NCBI RefSeq assembly: GCF_036365525.1
Contig: NC_090376.1
Location: 131,358,765-131,422,764 of the forward strand
Direction of reading: 5' to 3'
DNA length: 64,000 nt
DNA from: Heterodontus francisci
Taxonomy: Eukaryota
The position numbers and the translations under genes are program-made. Below the pieces are notes generated by a model, which was given only the letters and a program-made list of their open reading frames with translations, ran no database searches and was not told the DNA's origin. Positions 13,695 to 25,377 of this stretch are shown here, one piece after another. The first letter of the stretch is position 1; each line of letters begins with the position of its first letter.

Positions 13695-14115
13695 CTAGTG
13701 TGATGTAGGAAACGCAATAGCCAAACCGGGCCCTGCAAGCTCTCACAAACAGCAATGCGATAATGTCCAGATAATCTCTTTTAGTGATGTTGGTTGAGAG
13801 ATAAATATTGACCAGGGCATGAGCGAGAACTCCCTGCCCTTGTTTGAAATAGTACCATGGGATCTTTTACAACCACCTGAAAGGGCAGACAGGACCTCGG
13901 TTTAAAGTCTCATCCAAAGGATGGCATTTTCAAAAGAGCAGCACTCCCTTAGTACTGACCCTCTGACAATGCGGCATTCCCTCAGTACTGACCCTCCGAC
14001 AGTGCGGCACTCCCTCAGTACTGCACTGGAGTGTTAGCCCAGATTATGCGTTTGAATCTCTGGAATAGGAAAAGAACCAATGACATTCTGGCTCAGAGGC
14101 AAGAGCTCCAACTGA
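13695..14115 (-). mobile_element. Deu-domain SINE with an internal ~33-bp tandem repeat
   Basis: Same core as other copies; GCACTCCCTCAGTACTG-like units recur three times at ~13940-14022. Confidence 0.75.
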
Positions 14116-14769
14116 GCATAGTCTGTCGGACTATAAAGGTTTTTTATTAAAAATGTAATCATCCTTTGTATTGTTCAAAGTCAGTGGTATCTCACATAGT
14201 ATTCAATCACTGTTAAAAAGGAAGAATTCCTTGAAATATTCAATGTTTAAAGAATGATTCAACAGACTTGCCCAACTAAAATTGAGGCTGACTACTAATG
14301 TGAGTATAGCATGTCGTGGCTATAAAGAGGAGTCAACTTATACGCCAAGTATACAGTCTTTGGGGCTGGAAAAATGGGGTCATCTTATACACTAGGTCAA
14401 CTTATAAGCTGTGATGCACGATACTCCACTTATGGTCTAACCAAGGTTTTATACAAGTTTAGCATAACTTCTTTTCAATCTTATTCCTCCAGAAATGAAA
14501 CACAGTGCTCTGTTTGCTTTTTTCTGGCAAAAGAGAGGGGAAATTAGACTTTTTTTTTCACACTGCACGCTGTTATGATCTGAAATGCACTGCCTGAAAG
14601 GGTAGTGAAAGCAGATTCAGTGATAACTTTGAAAAGGGAATTGGATAAATACTTGAGGGTAAAAATTTGCAGGGTAAAAGCAGTGGAGCAGGACTAATTG
14701 GATCGCTCTTTCAAAGAACCAGCTCTAGCATGATGGGCCAAATGGCCTCCTTCTGAGTTGTTGGTTCTA

Positions 14770-15020
14770 TGGTCATTTATGCCCTCCACCCTGTTAGTGA
14801 CATTTTCCATTTTTCCCATTCCCCTACCTTTTCCCTGCCTCAGTACTTGCTTATGAACTATTAACTCTCTTACTTCTTCCGGTTCTGATGAAAGGTTATC
14901 AACCTGAAACATTAGCTCTCTTTCTCTCTCCAAAGATGCTGCCTAACCTTTTGATTGTTTCCAGCAATTTCTATTTTTGTTTCAGATTACCAGCATCTGC
15001 ACTATTTTGCTTTTATTTTA
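14770..15020 (+). mobile_element. Penelope 3' fragment with hammerhead-like motif
   Basis: GGTT CTGATGA A AGGTT ATC AACCT GAAAC ATT at 14881-14913, followed by the conserved terminal repeat. Confidence 0.7.
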
Positions 15021-16495
15021 GTATATTTGAGTCCTTGACTTGGATCAGTTATACACTGTTTGCATACCAAACTGTTGAAACTATCAGGCTTCATCCATTC
15101 TGCTAAGGCTCCACTGCTGTGTCATAAAATACACTGTAGTTAGCCTTCCTCATTTCCAACTGTGTCTAAGCAATCCATTTTTCAAATTTTGCAATAGGAC
15201 ATAAATGATGGATGTTTCAAGATACATAGTCTATACTTAGCAGTGGATCATTTAGTTTTACATCTGCAAATGCCAAGCGGTCTACCAGAAAATTGAGGTC
15301 TTAAACCAACTCCACTTCTCTGCTTCCCAAATTGACAAATCATTTGCTATTTAACTAGTAAAGAAAAAAGATCATTATATAAAATTAAGGATAGAAAGAA
15401 TGGGAACTAAATTACATCAGTACTCCCTGGTCCAAGTTTCTATACACCCTGATGCCACTTCATCTGAAGACTACACTTGGTCATGACAAATAGCAGTTGA
15501 TGCTGGTTCAATTGTTAATTTTAACTCTGAGATTGAAAGATTTCTGTTGACCAGGGGTATTAAGGGATATGGGGCAAGGGCAGATATAGGCAGTTAGGTC
15601 ACAGATCAGCCTTGATTTCACTGATTGGCAGAGCAGGCTTGAGGGGCTAAATGGCCTGTTCCTGTTCCTATGTCCTATGTTCATGTATTTATTCTCCCTA
15701 TGCAATGCCATGGCAAATTAGTAACATATTAAAAATGTTATGTTTGCATATGTTTCCATTCAATTTTTTCCATTTTAAATTTCTATTTTAAATTTATAAT
15801 GGAAATTGTCCGACTGGCAGGTAAGTGTAAATACAAATATTGAATTTACATAGACAGTTTCCATTGTACGTGTTGAAATTCATCTTTTCTTTAACTCACT
15901 TTTTTTGCATCTTTCTCTTTTTCTTATTTTCCTCTTTTTGGATGGAGGCTAGCAGCATAAGGAGCCACCAGTTGCATTGGGGATGCAATTGTGGGAAATA
16001 TGTGGCCCTCAGCACCTCACATCCCATCCCTTCCCAATCATTCATGCTTCCCCCAACCCAACTTGATCCCATGGCATTCCCTACCTATTCATCTTCCTAT
16101 GATCTTTTCTCCTTCCTACTACCCCATTGCTCCATCACTACCTCTTTTCTTTTGAACTACCCAATCCACTCCTGCATCACCCCTTTCCCCCAAAGGCAAA
16201 TGATGAGGCCAGAGGCCCCTTCAACCTTAGCCTGTTTCCCTCATCCTCTTCACCCCTGCCTCACTTCCTTTTTTTCCTACAATTTGCTTTCAAAATTCAA
16301 CTTGTCTTTTAAAAAATCAAAGTAGAGTAAAAAGGGACCTGTATGTCTCTCTCTCTCTCTTCTACTCTATCATTGGGTTAGAAATTAGAACCTTTAGCTC
16401 ACAAGGGTAAGTGATTAGCATTGTTCTTTTCTACTTGTCAACAAACACCAGTGAGATTAATTTTTTTTTAATTGAGCTAATATTAAATGAAAGAT

Positions 16496-17283
16496 TGGCT
16501 GGGATTTTATCCGGATGATGGAGGTCTCGACTTCTGGCAAAAGCACCACTGAGAACCCCACGCTGTTCCTTTTATGGGAGGCCCGCCGAATCAAGTGCCA
16601 ATTGGGCACTTGACTGGACAGCGGCAGGCTTTCCATGGGCTCAAGGACCCTGGTGCCGGAAGGCCCACCCTCTGAGAGCTGCCAGCCAATCAGAGGCTGG
16701 CAGCTCTTGAACTGAGCAGCGTCACCGTGGAGGTGGTGGCTGCTGCTCGTGCAGCACTCACCTGAGCCCTAGGAGCAGCACTGGACCTCAGTCACAGGTA
16801 ATTCAGGGCTGGCTGGGTCTCACGTGTGAGGATCATGGGGAAGGTGTTGTAGAGGTATCAGTAGCGAGGGCAGGGCGGTGGCTCTCAGCGGGTCTCCCCG
16901 CCCCCCCCCCTTCCCAATGCCAGGTCCATTGTTGAGGCACTAAGTGCCTTTTTATCGAGGGAACCCCCTCACCCACCCCCAACCCACAGCCAGCAAGCAA
17001 CCCGCATGTTTTTTCTTGCCGTGCTTCCTATGCAGTGACAGGCCTGTCCACCACCCCCCCCCACCCCACTCAACCCCACTGGGCTAATTGCAGTGGTGGT
17101 GGGATGAGGCCCTTAATTGGGCATTAATTGCCCACTTAGGGTCTCAATTGGTGGAGGGCAGGAAGGCTGTTCCCAGGCCATCCTACCCAGGACTTAATTT
17201 CGGCAGAGGCGGGATTGTGACAGGATCCCCCCAGCCACCATCCTACCCAATTATATCCTCTCCTGCCTCCAAAATTCCCCCCC
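16496..17283. mobile_element. MITE of the same family as 5809-6534
   Basis: Degenerate TIRs GGCTGGGATTTT / AAAATTCCCCCCC with ATT on both flanks; shares internal motifs (CAGCCAATCAG, CCCTTAATTGG). Confidence 0.7.
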
Positions 17284-17641
17284 ATTGTTTCTCACCTTCC
17301 TTTCTCTGACCCCAGTCTTTCTTTCTCCTCTCTGTCATTGTCCCTCTCTTCTTCTACCACACTTCCAATGATCCCCGTCACTCTCTCTCAGTTTCTCTGA
17401 CTCCCCCTGTCTCTCTTGCTCTTTCTATCAGTTTAATGCTCTTTCTGAAAACTAGGACAATTCTGTAACAAGAACACTGTCATTTTATTTAAGTTTTTGT
17501 CACTAGACAGACAATAACGCTTTTGGAAGTTGACTTCATTTTTCAAATTTATTTTAAAGAAAGCTACTGACAAGAAAGGCAAATACTAAAAGAAAAAAAC
17601 AAATATTCCATCATCATAACTTATTGCATTATTACAGCCAC

Positions 17642-18487
17642 TGTTACGAAGGTGCTTCTATGTTTAGCGTTAAATTTTATGAGGGCTCATATTTAAATGG
17701 TGGAAATGGATTCAGTTTTGAAAGGCTGACGATTTCACAGATGCTGGCCTTCGTTTTGTTGTTGACAGTTTACTGAAAGGACACTGAAATGTTATGTTTG
17801 AAAAGAACCTTTATCGAATGTCACACGATAAATAAACAACAGAAACCTTGGTGTCCTGGGGCAGATGTTTACAGAAAAGTGACATGTTAAGATTTATAGT
17901 GGTCAGGATGTTCCAACTGGCTATTTGGGGTTTTGCTTCTGAGATGTTGTTTTGGTTCAGTTGGAGTGTTGACAGTGTTTGAAAAGCAGTTGAAGATCAA
18001 TCTGCCAAGGAATAAACCCTCAGTTCATCTTTCCTGCACCTCTCGAAGAGACCCTGAGAGGTCCAGTGTATCAGCTCCTCTTTCGTCCTGTCACTGAAAA
18101 CACCTGCATATTCAGTGTGATAATGGAAATCCCTGGTGCCACATTTCTCCTGGAAAGCCTACCAGATTAATTCTTGACATCTCCAGAACGAACTGCTTCA
18201 GAAAATATCCCAGTGACCCATCACTATAAACCCACACACCAGACCAAAAGGGGTGACATCCTTTCATATATTCTCTTTTTCTTCAAGAATTAGCAAGTGT
18301 TTGACCATTGTATTTTTTTTTTGTCTTTTTTTTGTGGCAAGCTCTGCAGAGAGAATTTCTTTATTTGTTTTTGTGTGTGTGAGTTTGTATGTGGGGTATT
18401 TTAAAAGGGAACGTTCATATTTCAATCTGTGTGTTCATGCTTTGCTTTGTTACAGGATAAGTCTTGTTTTCTAATAAACTGATAATG
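17642..18487. mobile_element. Solo-LTR-like element, related to 6556-7534 in the opposite orientation, truncated
   Basis: Begins TGTTACGAAGGTGCTTC, similar to the reverse complement of the 7534 end; similarity is also visible near 18460-18487. Confidence 0.6.
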
Positions 18488-18548
18488 AATGAGTCCTGAT
18501 TAGCTTGGATAAGAAAAGTGTCTCAAGCAGATTGAGAAAGTGAAAGGT

Positions 18549-18680
18549 TCTGATGAAAGGTCATTGATCTGAAACGTTAACTCAATTTTTCTCTCCACAG
18601 ATGCTGCCAGAGCTGCCAAGTATTTCCAACATTTTCTGTTTTTATTTCAAATTTCCAGCAGCCATAGTATTTTGCTTTTG
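18549..18680 (+). mobile_element. Short Penelope-derived element with minimal hammerhead motif
   Basis: CTGATGA A AGGTC ATT GATCT GAAAC GTT AACT at 18550-18582; flanked by a ~16-bp TSD (TGAGAAAGTGAAAGGT 18533-18548 / TGGGAAAGTGAATGGT 18681-18696). Confidence 0.8.
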
Positions 18681-20215
18681 TGGGAAAGTGAATGGTCTGT
18701 TTCTGTTGTCTATGTGCATAACTTAACTTTTCAAAAGTGAACATTTACAAGTCATCATCATTGAATACTCTATTAGATGATTTTCTTATTTAGCTTTACT
18801 TTTTGTAAAAGCAGACTTCATTTGGTTGATTCAGTCAGCAGTTGTTGACAGATGTTTGGGTGTAGTTACCGTTTTGCTAAAGGAAGTCTACAGGTCAGAA
18901 CACAAACTGGTAATTAGTTACTCTACCAGTTACAACATGAAAAAGATGTCGATAATATCAATGACATTTTTTCACTAATTCTGCTTTAAGTTCTCACAAA
19001 AGCTCGAAATCAGACTGATTGCATGCTTTCTTCAAGATGAAAATTTCAAGAGGTGAGGAACGACAGAATGACTAGTAAGAGGATTATGATAAAATAAACC
19101 ATGAGTTCTCCTGAGTCATGAGTTATACAGAAGTCACGAACACCACGGTGCATGAGAATTCTACTGGCCGGTCTTGCACTACGGTTTATTTTTCTGATTC
19201 ACAAGTGAATTGCTACGTGCTATTTTTTTACAAAGTACAAAAATAATCCAAGTGTAATCACTTTGAAAGCTATGGATCTGACAGTGACAAATGCTGTCTG
19301 TAAACTACTACTGAATATTCCATATGTGTTATATGAATAAAGAATGTACCTTTTGTTTGTCTTCAAAGACTCATCAAACACCTCAAAAAAAAGTTTATTG
19401 CAACATTACTTTCAAAAATGTGCTTGAAAATTAACAATTACAATGAACATATTTAAGTTCATTTAAACAAACCGACTGTATTCAGTTTTGAGTGTAATAC
19501 ACCAACATTTCAAACATAAACGGTTTTGCCTATTCAAACAATCCATCTCATTCAATATAAACTAATGTTCAGTTCAAATTCTGCTTGAAGCACTCAGCAT
19601 TACAGCCTTAAGCCAGATGCGAACACAAGAGCTGAATTCTGGAAAAGAGTTGAGGGTAGCTGCCCTTATCATCAAAGCAGCATTGAACTAAGTGTGGCAC
19701 TCAGAAGGCCTGGCAAAACAGAGGTCAGTGGGGGTCAAGGCAAAACCCTTCAATGGTTGAAGTCATATCTGACACAGAGGAAAAAGGTTGTGATTGTCAG
19801 AGGTCAGTCATCATAACCCCAGAACCTTGATGCAGGAGTTTCTTGGAGAAAACTGTTTGACTCAACCATCTTCAGTAGCTTTCCCTTCAACACAAGGCTA
19901 GGAGTGGGACTGTTCACTGACAATCCAATGTTCAACCCATTCACAACCTCTCTGTTTGGACTACAGCAAGATGTGGACAATATCTGGGTTTGATCTAATA
20001 AGTAGCAGGTAGCAGTTGTGCTATATAAGTCCTAGGTAATAACCATCTCGACAATAATTTGCTTGATTGGCATCCTGCCACTGTACTCAATAGTTACCCC
20101 TGCCACCACTGGTGGGCTGTAGCTGCAGTCTATCTACAGCATGCACTGTAGTATCTCATTCAGCATGCTTAAATAGCACCCACCACTCACCCCCACCATC
20201 CTACTGCTAACATAG

Positions 20216-21111
20216 TGTCATGCTAGGCCCCCACCTGCCAAGGATGAGGCACATTAATTTTGTCATGAACATTGATTTTAAACTGTTACTGGAGTGAAGA
20301 AAGGACTTGTTAAATAGATCAGCCATGGCTGGAAAAGACATTTGCATATTAACAGACGGTGATTGGAAGGACAAAGGACCATTCCCGGACACATTCAACC
20401 CACAATGGACCTTGATCACCAGGTATTGTGTGTAAGAGGAGCATTACAGAGACTGCTAAGGTGATACAATCCAAGAAGTGGTCAGACCAGTTAGTCACAT
20501 GACTAACCTACTTGACAGCCTGGGTTTTTCTGAATTATACGAACAGTTTGAACAGAGTGTGTCTGTTTGCTCCTGGACTGAGAAGATCTCTCCTGTCTGC
20601 TCCCATCTCTTTCTCACAAGCCTCTGAACCCACTGAAGACACATGAACCCCAAGAGAGAAAGGTCTCCTACAGTTAAACAAGGTTTAAGATGAATACTGG
20701 GCCCCAACAAAAAGCAAGACCTACCTACAATCAAGGACTCTACATGAGCTCGAAGAACCATAACAAATACTCTTCAGATATTGCCTCAAACGTTTCAACT
20801 TTATTTTTCGTCTGCTCTTGTCTGTCTCTATCTGCATGTGAGTATCACACATGCATGCTAGCGTGGGTGTGTTGTGTATCCATAGGTATTAACCGAATTA
20901 CAGTTTAAATTTAAGTTTAATGAATTTCAACTTTTCTTCTTTAAACCTAAGAAAGCCTATTTGTGCTGGTTTCTTTGCCTTATAATTGGAAAGCAGCGAA
21001 CAAGGATTCACCAAGGGGGAGCTAAAAACATGGTGTGTTTAAAATTAAACCCTGTTATAGTAAGACCAGGTGAAGGCTGAAAGGGAACCTCTTTCTCACC
21101 TAGTCATAACA
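20216..21111. mobile_element. Solo-LTR-like element inserted in an old LINE fragment (~19690-21250)
   Basis: TGTCATG...CATAACA termini, ~900 bp, non-coding; LINE-like sequence on both sides. Confidence 0.7.
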
Positions 21112-21449
21112 GAATCACCACCACCATCCTACTTCTAAAATAGAAACACCATCATCTCCAAATTCCTCTCCCAACTTACAGACCATTTTGACTTGAACAT
21201 ATATTGCCATTCCATCATTCTCTCTGGATCAATAACCTGGAACTTCCTAGTAAAAATGCGAGATTTAAAATTATTTGTGTGGAGCCAGGAAGAACAGGAG
21301 TACTCCTCCAGCTCCACAAGGATAATGTGGGCCACTCTCATTTTGGCTGGCTCCCACTCCGTCTACATTGGACCAACATTGTTGCTGGCCAGGTCAGCCT
21401 CTGGGCCATCCAATATTGGGCTAGCCCAGAACTGGTGATCTGTAGCACA

Positions 21450-21900
21450 GGGACGTATGAGGAGAGATTGGGTCAACTAGGCCTATATTCACTAGAGTTT
21501 AGAAGAATGAGAGGGGTTCTCATGGAAACCTATAAAATTCTAACAGGACTAGACAGGCTAGATGCAGGGAGGATGTTCCCGATGGTCGGGGAGTCCAGAA
21601 CCAGGGGTCAAAGTCTCAGAATACAGGGTATACCATTTAGAACCGAAATGAGGAGAAATTTCTTTACTCAGAGGGCGGTGAACCTATGGAATTCTCTACC
21701 ACAGAAGGCAGTGGAGGCCAAGTCATTAAATATATTCAAGAAGGAGATAGATATCTTTCTTAATGTCAAAGGGATCAAGGGATATGGGGAGAAAGCGGGA
21801 ACAGGGTACTGAATTAGACGATCAGCCATGATCTTTTTTGAATGGCAGAGCAGGCCCTAAGGGCCGAATGGCCTACTCCTGCTGCTATTTTCTATGAGTC
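21450..21900 (+). mobile_element. CR1 LINE 3' end
   Basis: YEERLGQLGLYSLEFRRMRG.LMETYKILTG...RNFFTQRAVNLWNSLP plus the CR1 3' UTR. Confidence 0.9.
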
Positions 21901-23419
21901 TATTTGGCTCCCGAAGCATTTCGGTGACATGGTAATGAGGCCTGGCCTGAAAATAGATTGTGCTTCCTACCAGCACTAGCAGGTGGTCAGCTGCCCGACG
22001 GTCAAAATGCATCTCTGAATAGTCCAATACCATAACTAAGCTACCAAAGCCTGAGGCACAATAAGGGTTGTTGGACAATAATGAATGAGAACCATGGCTG
22101 CTTTTCACTCTGTAACCTTGTATTGCAGGTTAATAGCTGCAGGCTATCCCTATTCTGATTGATAACAACTAAGGCAGAATAGATTGTGGATCGAAACTGG
22201 GAATTTCCTGCTCTGTTTGACTTTGTTATTCATTCCTTTCTTTTGGCACTATTCTAAGCAGACCCACCATCATCATACTTTTGCAACTTAGTTGGCTGCA
22301 TGTTTTTCAGCTCACTCTACCTGTTGGATAAATATCCTATCTCGAGATTGCTGAAATGTGTCCTCTATTTATGATCTACTTCAATTCGATCTTCATCTCA
22401 TAGAAAACAAATTCTTGACATGCATATGAGTAGTTTGTCTTTTGTTTTACAGTTTTTTTTCTCCTTTCTCCTGAACCTGTCACTCCTGAAGGCCATGGCC
22501 TATGCTGAAGTGTTGTTTCATAAGCATGTGTTTGTGCAGGTCTCTGAAATTGTCTCACTCGTTCCACCTTGTGGTGAAAAAAAAACTGCAACTGTGGCCA
22601 TTTCCATTCAGCAGGAGTTTTGTACCATTTTAGCCACCACTAATCACTTGCAAAATAATTGGTGCAGAATGTCCACCAAAATGGTAATTATTTGCACACA
22701 TTTGCTGTGGTCACAAGCTTACTCACAGAAGCTGGGACAAATGATTTGAAACAGATTCTCAATTGACTGCAATTAATAGGTTAAACATGTTCAAGTGAAC
22801 AGAGACAAGATTGTCAAAATGAATATTCATTGCTGTCTTCACAGTTCACCACTATTCTCACCCATTAAAAGCATGAACACAGATCACTGACTACCTTTCC
22901 ATACCTAGCTTTGTCACACATAGGTTTTTTTTGTTTTTCTAATTTGCAGACTAAATGATTATAAGATTGATATAAGTAGTCAAACTCGTGCAATGCAGTA
23001 AAACTACAGGAGGATGCTTTGTGTCTGAAAGGTGCTACATTGTCAGGTTGACAAGGCTACTTTGACCCAGAATTTGCCTGAGCCGAGCATCTCACAGCAT
23101 GCCCAATTTATGAGACTTGGGATGCGTTATTGTATTAAAGGTGCTAAATAAATGCAAGTTGTTGTTTCCTGAACCCTTCAACTCACAAAACATTAAGTTG
23201 CTAAAAGTGCGAGCTGATAATGGCGCAGCAAGGGAAACGGGGCACCTGGGACCTTGGTGAACAACAGGAAAAACTGTGTACCTCCTTCATCACTGAGATA
23301 AAAGGACTCAGAAATAAAGAGCAGAAGGACTGAGAAGGAGGGTGAATTAAAGGTGGTGAATTCAATGTCAAATCAGGTACAGAAATAAAGAGAAGGAATG
23401 TAAGATTGAATTAATCAAG

Positions 23420-24389
23420 GGGCACGGTCAGATGACGAGGGGTCGAAGGGCTTCCCTTTTATTCCTCTCCCTGTTTGACCACAACAGACCACATTCTTCT
23501 TTTAAAGTGGATGTACTGGCCAATTCAGTAGGTGTTTGATTACTTGCTATGATCATAACAAGAACCAATTGGACAGGTTTTCTTGAGTTTCACAAAGAAA
23601 GAGGTTAACTTTATTGTACCTGAACCGAACAAATGAAAATAATAAACTATGCATCAACTTTCTCTCACACACACCCACACCAGAGGTTTACACACACTCA
23701 AATAGGTTACAGAGTGGGGAAAGGTAGATTGATTGAGTTAGAGTCAATAGAAAAAAAGGGATATACAGTCTGTGGCTTTTGGTGATTCGGCTGGCTTCTA
23801 ACTGAATTCGGTGGTCCTAAGGCTTTTAGTTTGAAGAGGTAGATGACTGGTTCAGTGGATCTCTTGGATAGCAATGCGGATGATTTCCTCCAATGGAGTT
23901 TCTGAATTTGGCTGGAGTATGCAAAGGTGGTCAGTCAACAAGCAGAATTTGAAGCTTTCAAGCAGGAATGGAGAGAGAGACAGAGAGAGCGACCCACCCA
24001 CCCCCACCCAACTTGGGTCTGCACGTGTCAGAGTCCAGAAGCTGCTTCTTGCTGCTGTAGAGAAACACAAGCTTAAAACCACAGATGGGGAGGGGCTTGT
24101 CACATGACAGTCACCCAGTGATTCAAACATGTTAGCCGTGTTTCTTTTCTTGCTAAAAAGAAAAGGTAGTTCCCGTAAACTTCCTGGGATAGCTGGGATG
24201 TGCAGCCATTTCGTCTCCACCCTATAAGCCTTCCAATGTAGGATACAGTGTTGTAAATTAGGTGGTGATCCTAAGCTGCCAGCAAAGTTCTCTTTTTTAT
24301 CTGTTCTTTTTAAATTTCTTCAAAAAAAATCAGATCTCCAGTCAATGGATTAAAGAAAATTATGATTCAACAAAGGAAATTGGCATGAC
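23420..24389. mobile_element. LTR-like element nested in an unclassified repeat (~23065-23410 and ~24390-24795)
   Basis: Layout similar to 6556-7534 and ends in CATGACA; the host repeat resembles 50570-50760. Confidence 0.5.
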
Positions 24390-24981
24390 AAGAGAAAAAA
24401 AAGTCAGTAAGGAAAACAGAAAAATTGCTCTACATTTAAAATTTGACATTGTTTAAATCTCCACTTACAATTCAATACCTGAAGGAATGAGACTCCATAA
24501 ATTTAATTGTTCATGTTCTGGGCTAAAGAGGTTGATCAGTAGTCATGAACAGTTATCACAATGTTAAAATTGTACTAATGCTATTAATTACTAAACTTTA
24601 CTTTTTGTGGTGATTTTAATGGACAATTGGCATGCAAGTGCAGCAACTTCAACAAAATCCCAAGGAGGTTAATTGTGAGATGCTGCTTTTGTGAGGTTAA
24701 CAGCAGAATGGCACAAATCGCCCAGCAACTTATGGCGATTCACACCTTATGGGGTGTCCCTTCCACATCACATTTTGCTGGCTGATTTGCACATTTAAAA
24801 AAAGTCTTTCATGGAATGTGAGTGTCGCTGGCATGACCAGCATTTATTGCCCATCTCTAATTATCCTTAAGCAGGTGGTGGTGAGCCTTCTTAAACCACT
24901 GTAGTCCATACTGTGTAGGTACACCCACAATGCTGTTGAAGAGGGAGTTCCAGGATTTTGACCCAGTGAAGGAACGGCGAT

Positions 24982-25340
24982 GAGAACAGAAACTGCCAGA
25001 AATATTCAGCAGTTCTGGCAGCATCTGTGTAGAGAGAAACAGAGTTAATGTTTTAGGTCTGTGACCTTTCATCAGAATTGGCAAAAGTTAGAAATGTAAC
25101 AGTCTTTGAGCAAGTGAAAGGGAGGAGGAAGGAAGAAGAACAAGAAGGAAAGTCTGTGATAGGATGAAGGGGGAGAGATTAAATGGCAGAGATGTCACGG
25201 ATCAGAATGCAAATGGAGTGCTAAACAGTTGTAGAGAAAGGCAAAACATGAATCCAGAGAGAGTGCCAATGGCAGAACAATGAACAGCTATGAAAGCAAA
25301 AACGTGAAAAACAAGTTTAAGACTAGCACAGTTTAAAAAA

Positions 25341-25377
<37 letters not shown>

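Noticed and set aside
13940-14022. Short repeats resembling a CRISPR array
   Set aside because: Tandem duplication inside a SINE, no unique spacers, eukaryotic DNA.
18850-19300. Unique sequence with an AP-1 motif, possible enhancer
   Set aside because: Short motifs alone are not sufficient evidence without conservation data.
21204-21812. 202-aa ORF
   Set aside because: Chance fusion of non-coding sequence with a CR1 ORF2 C-terminus; not a host gene.
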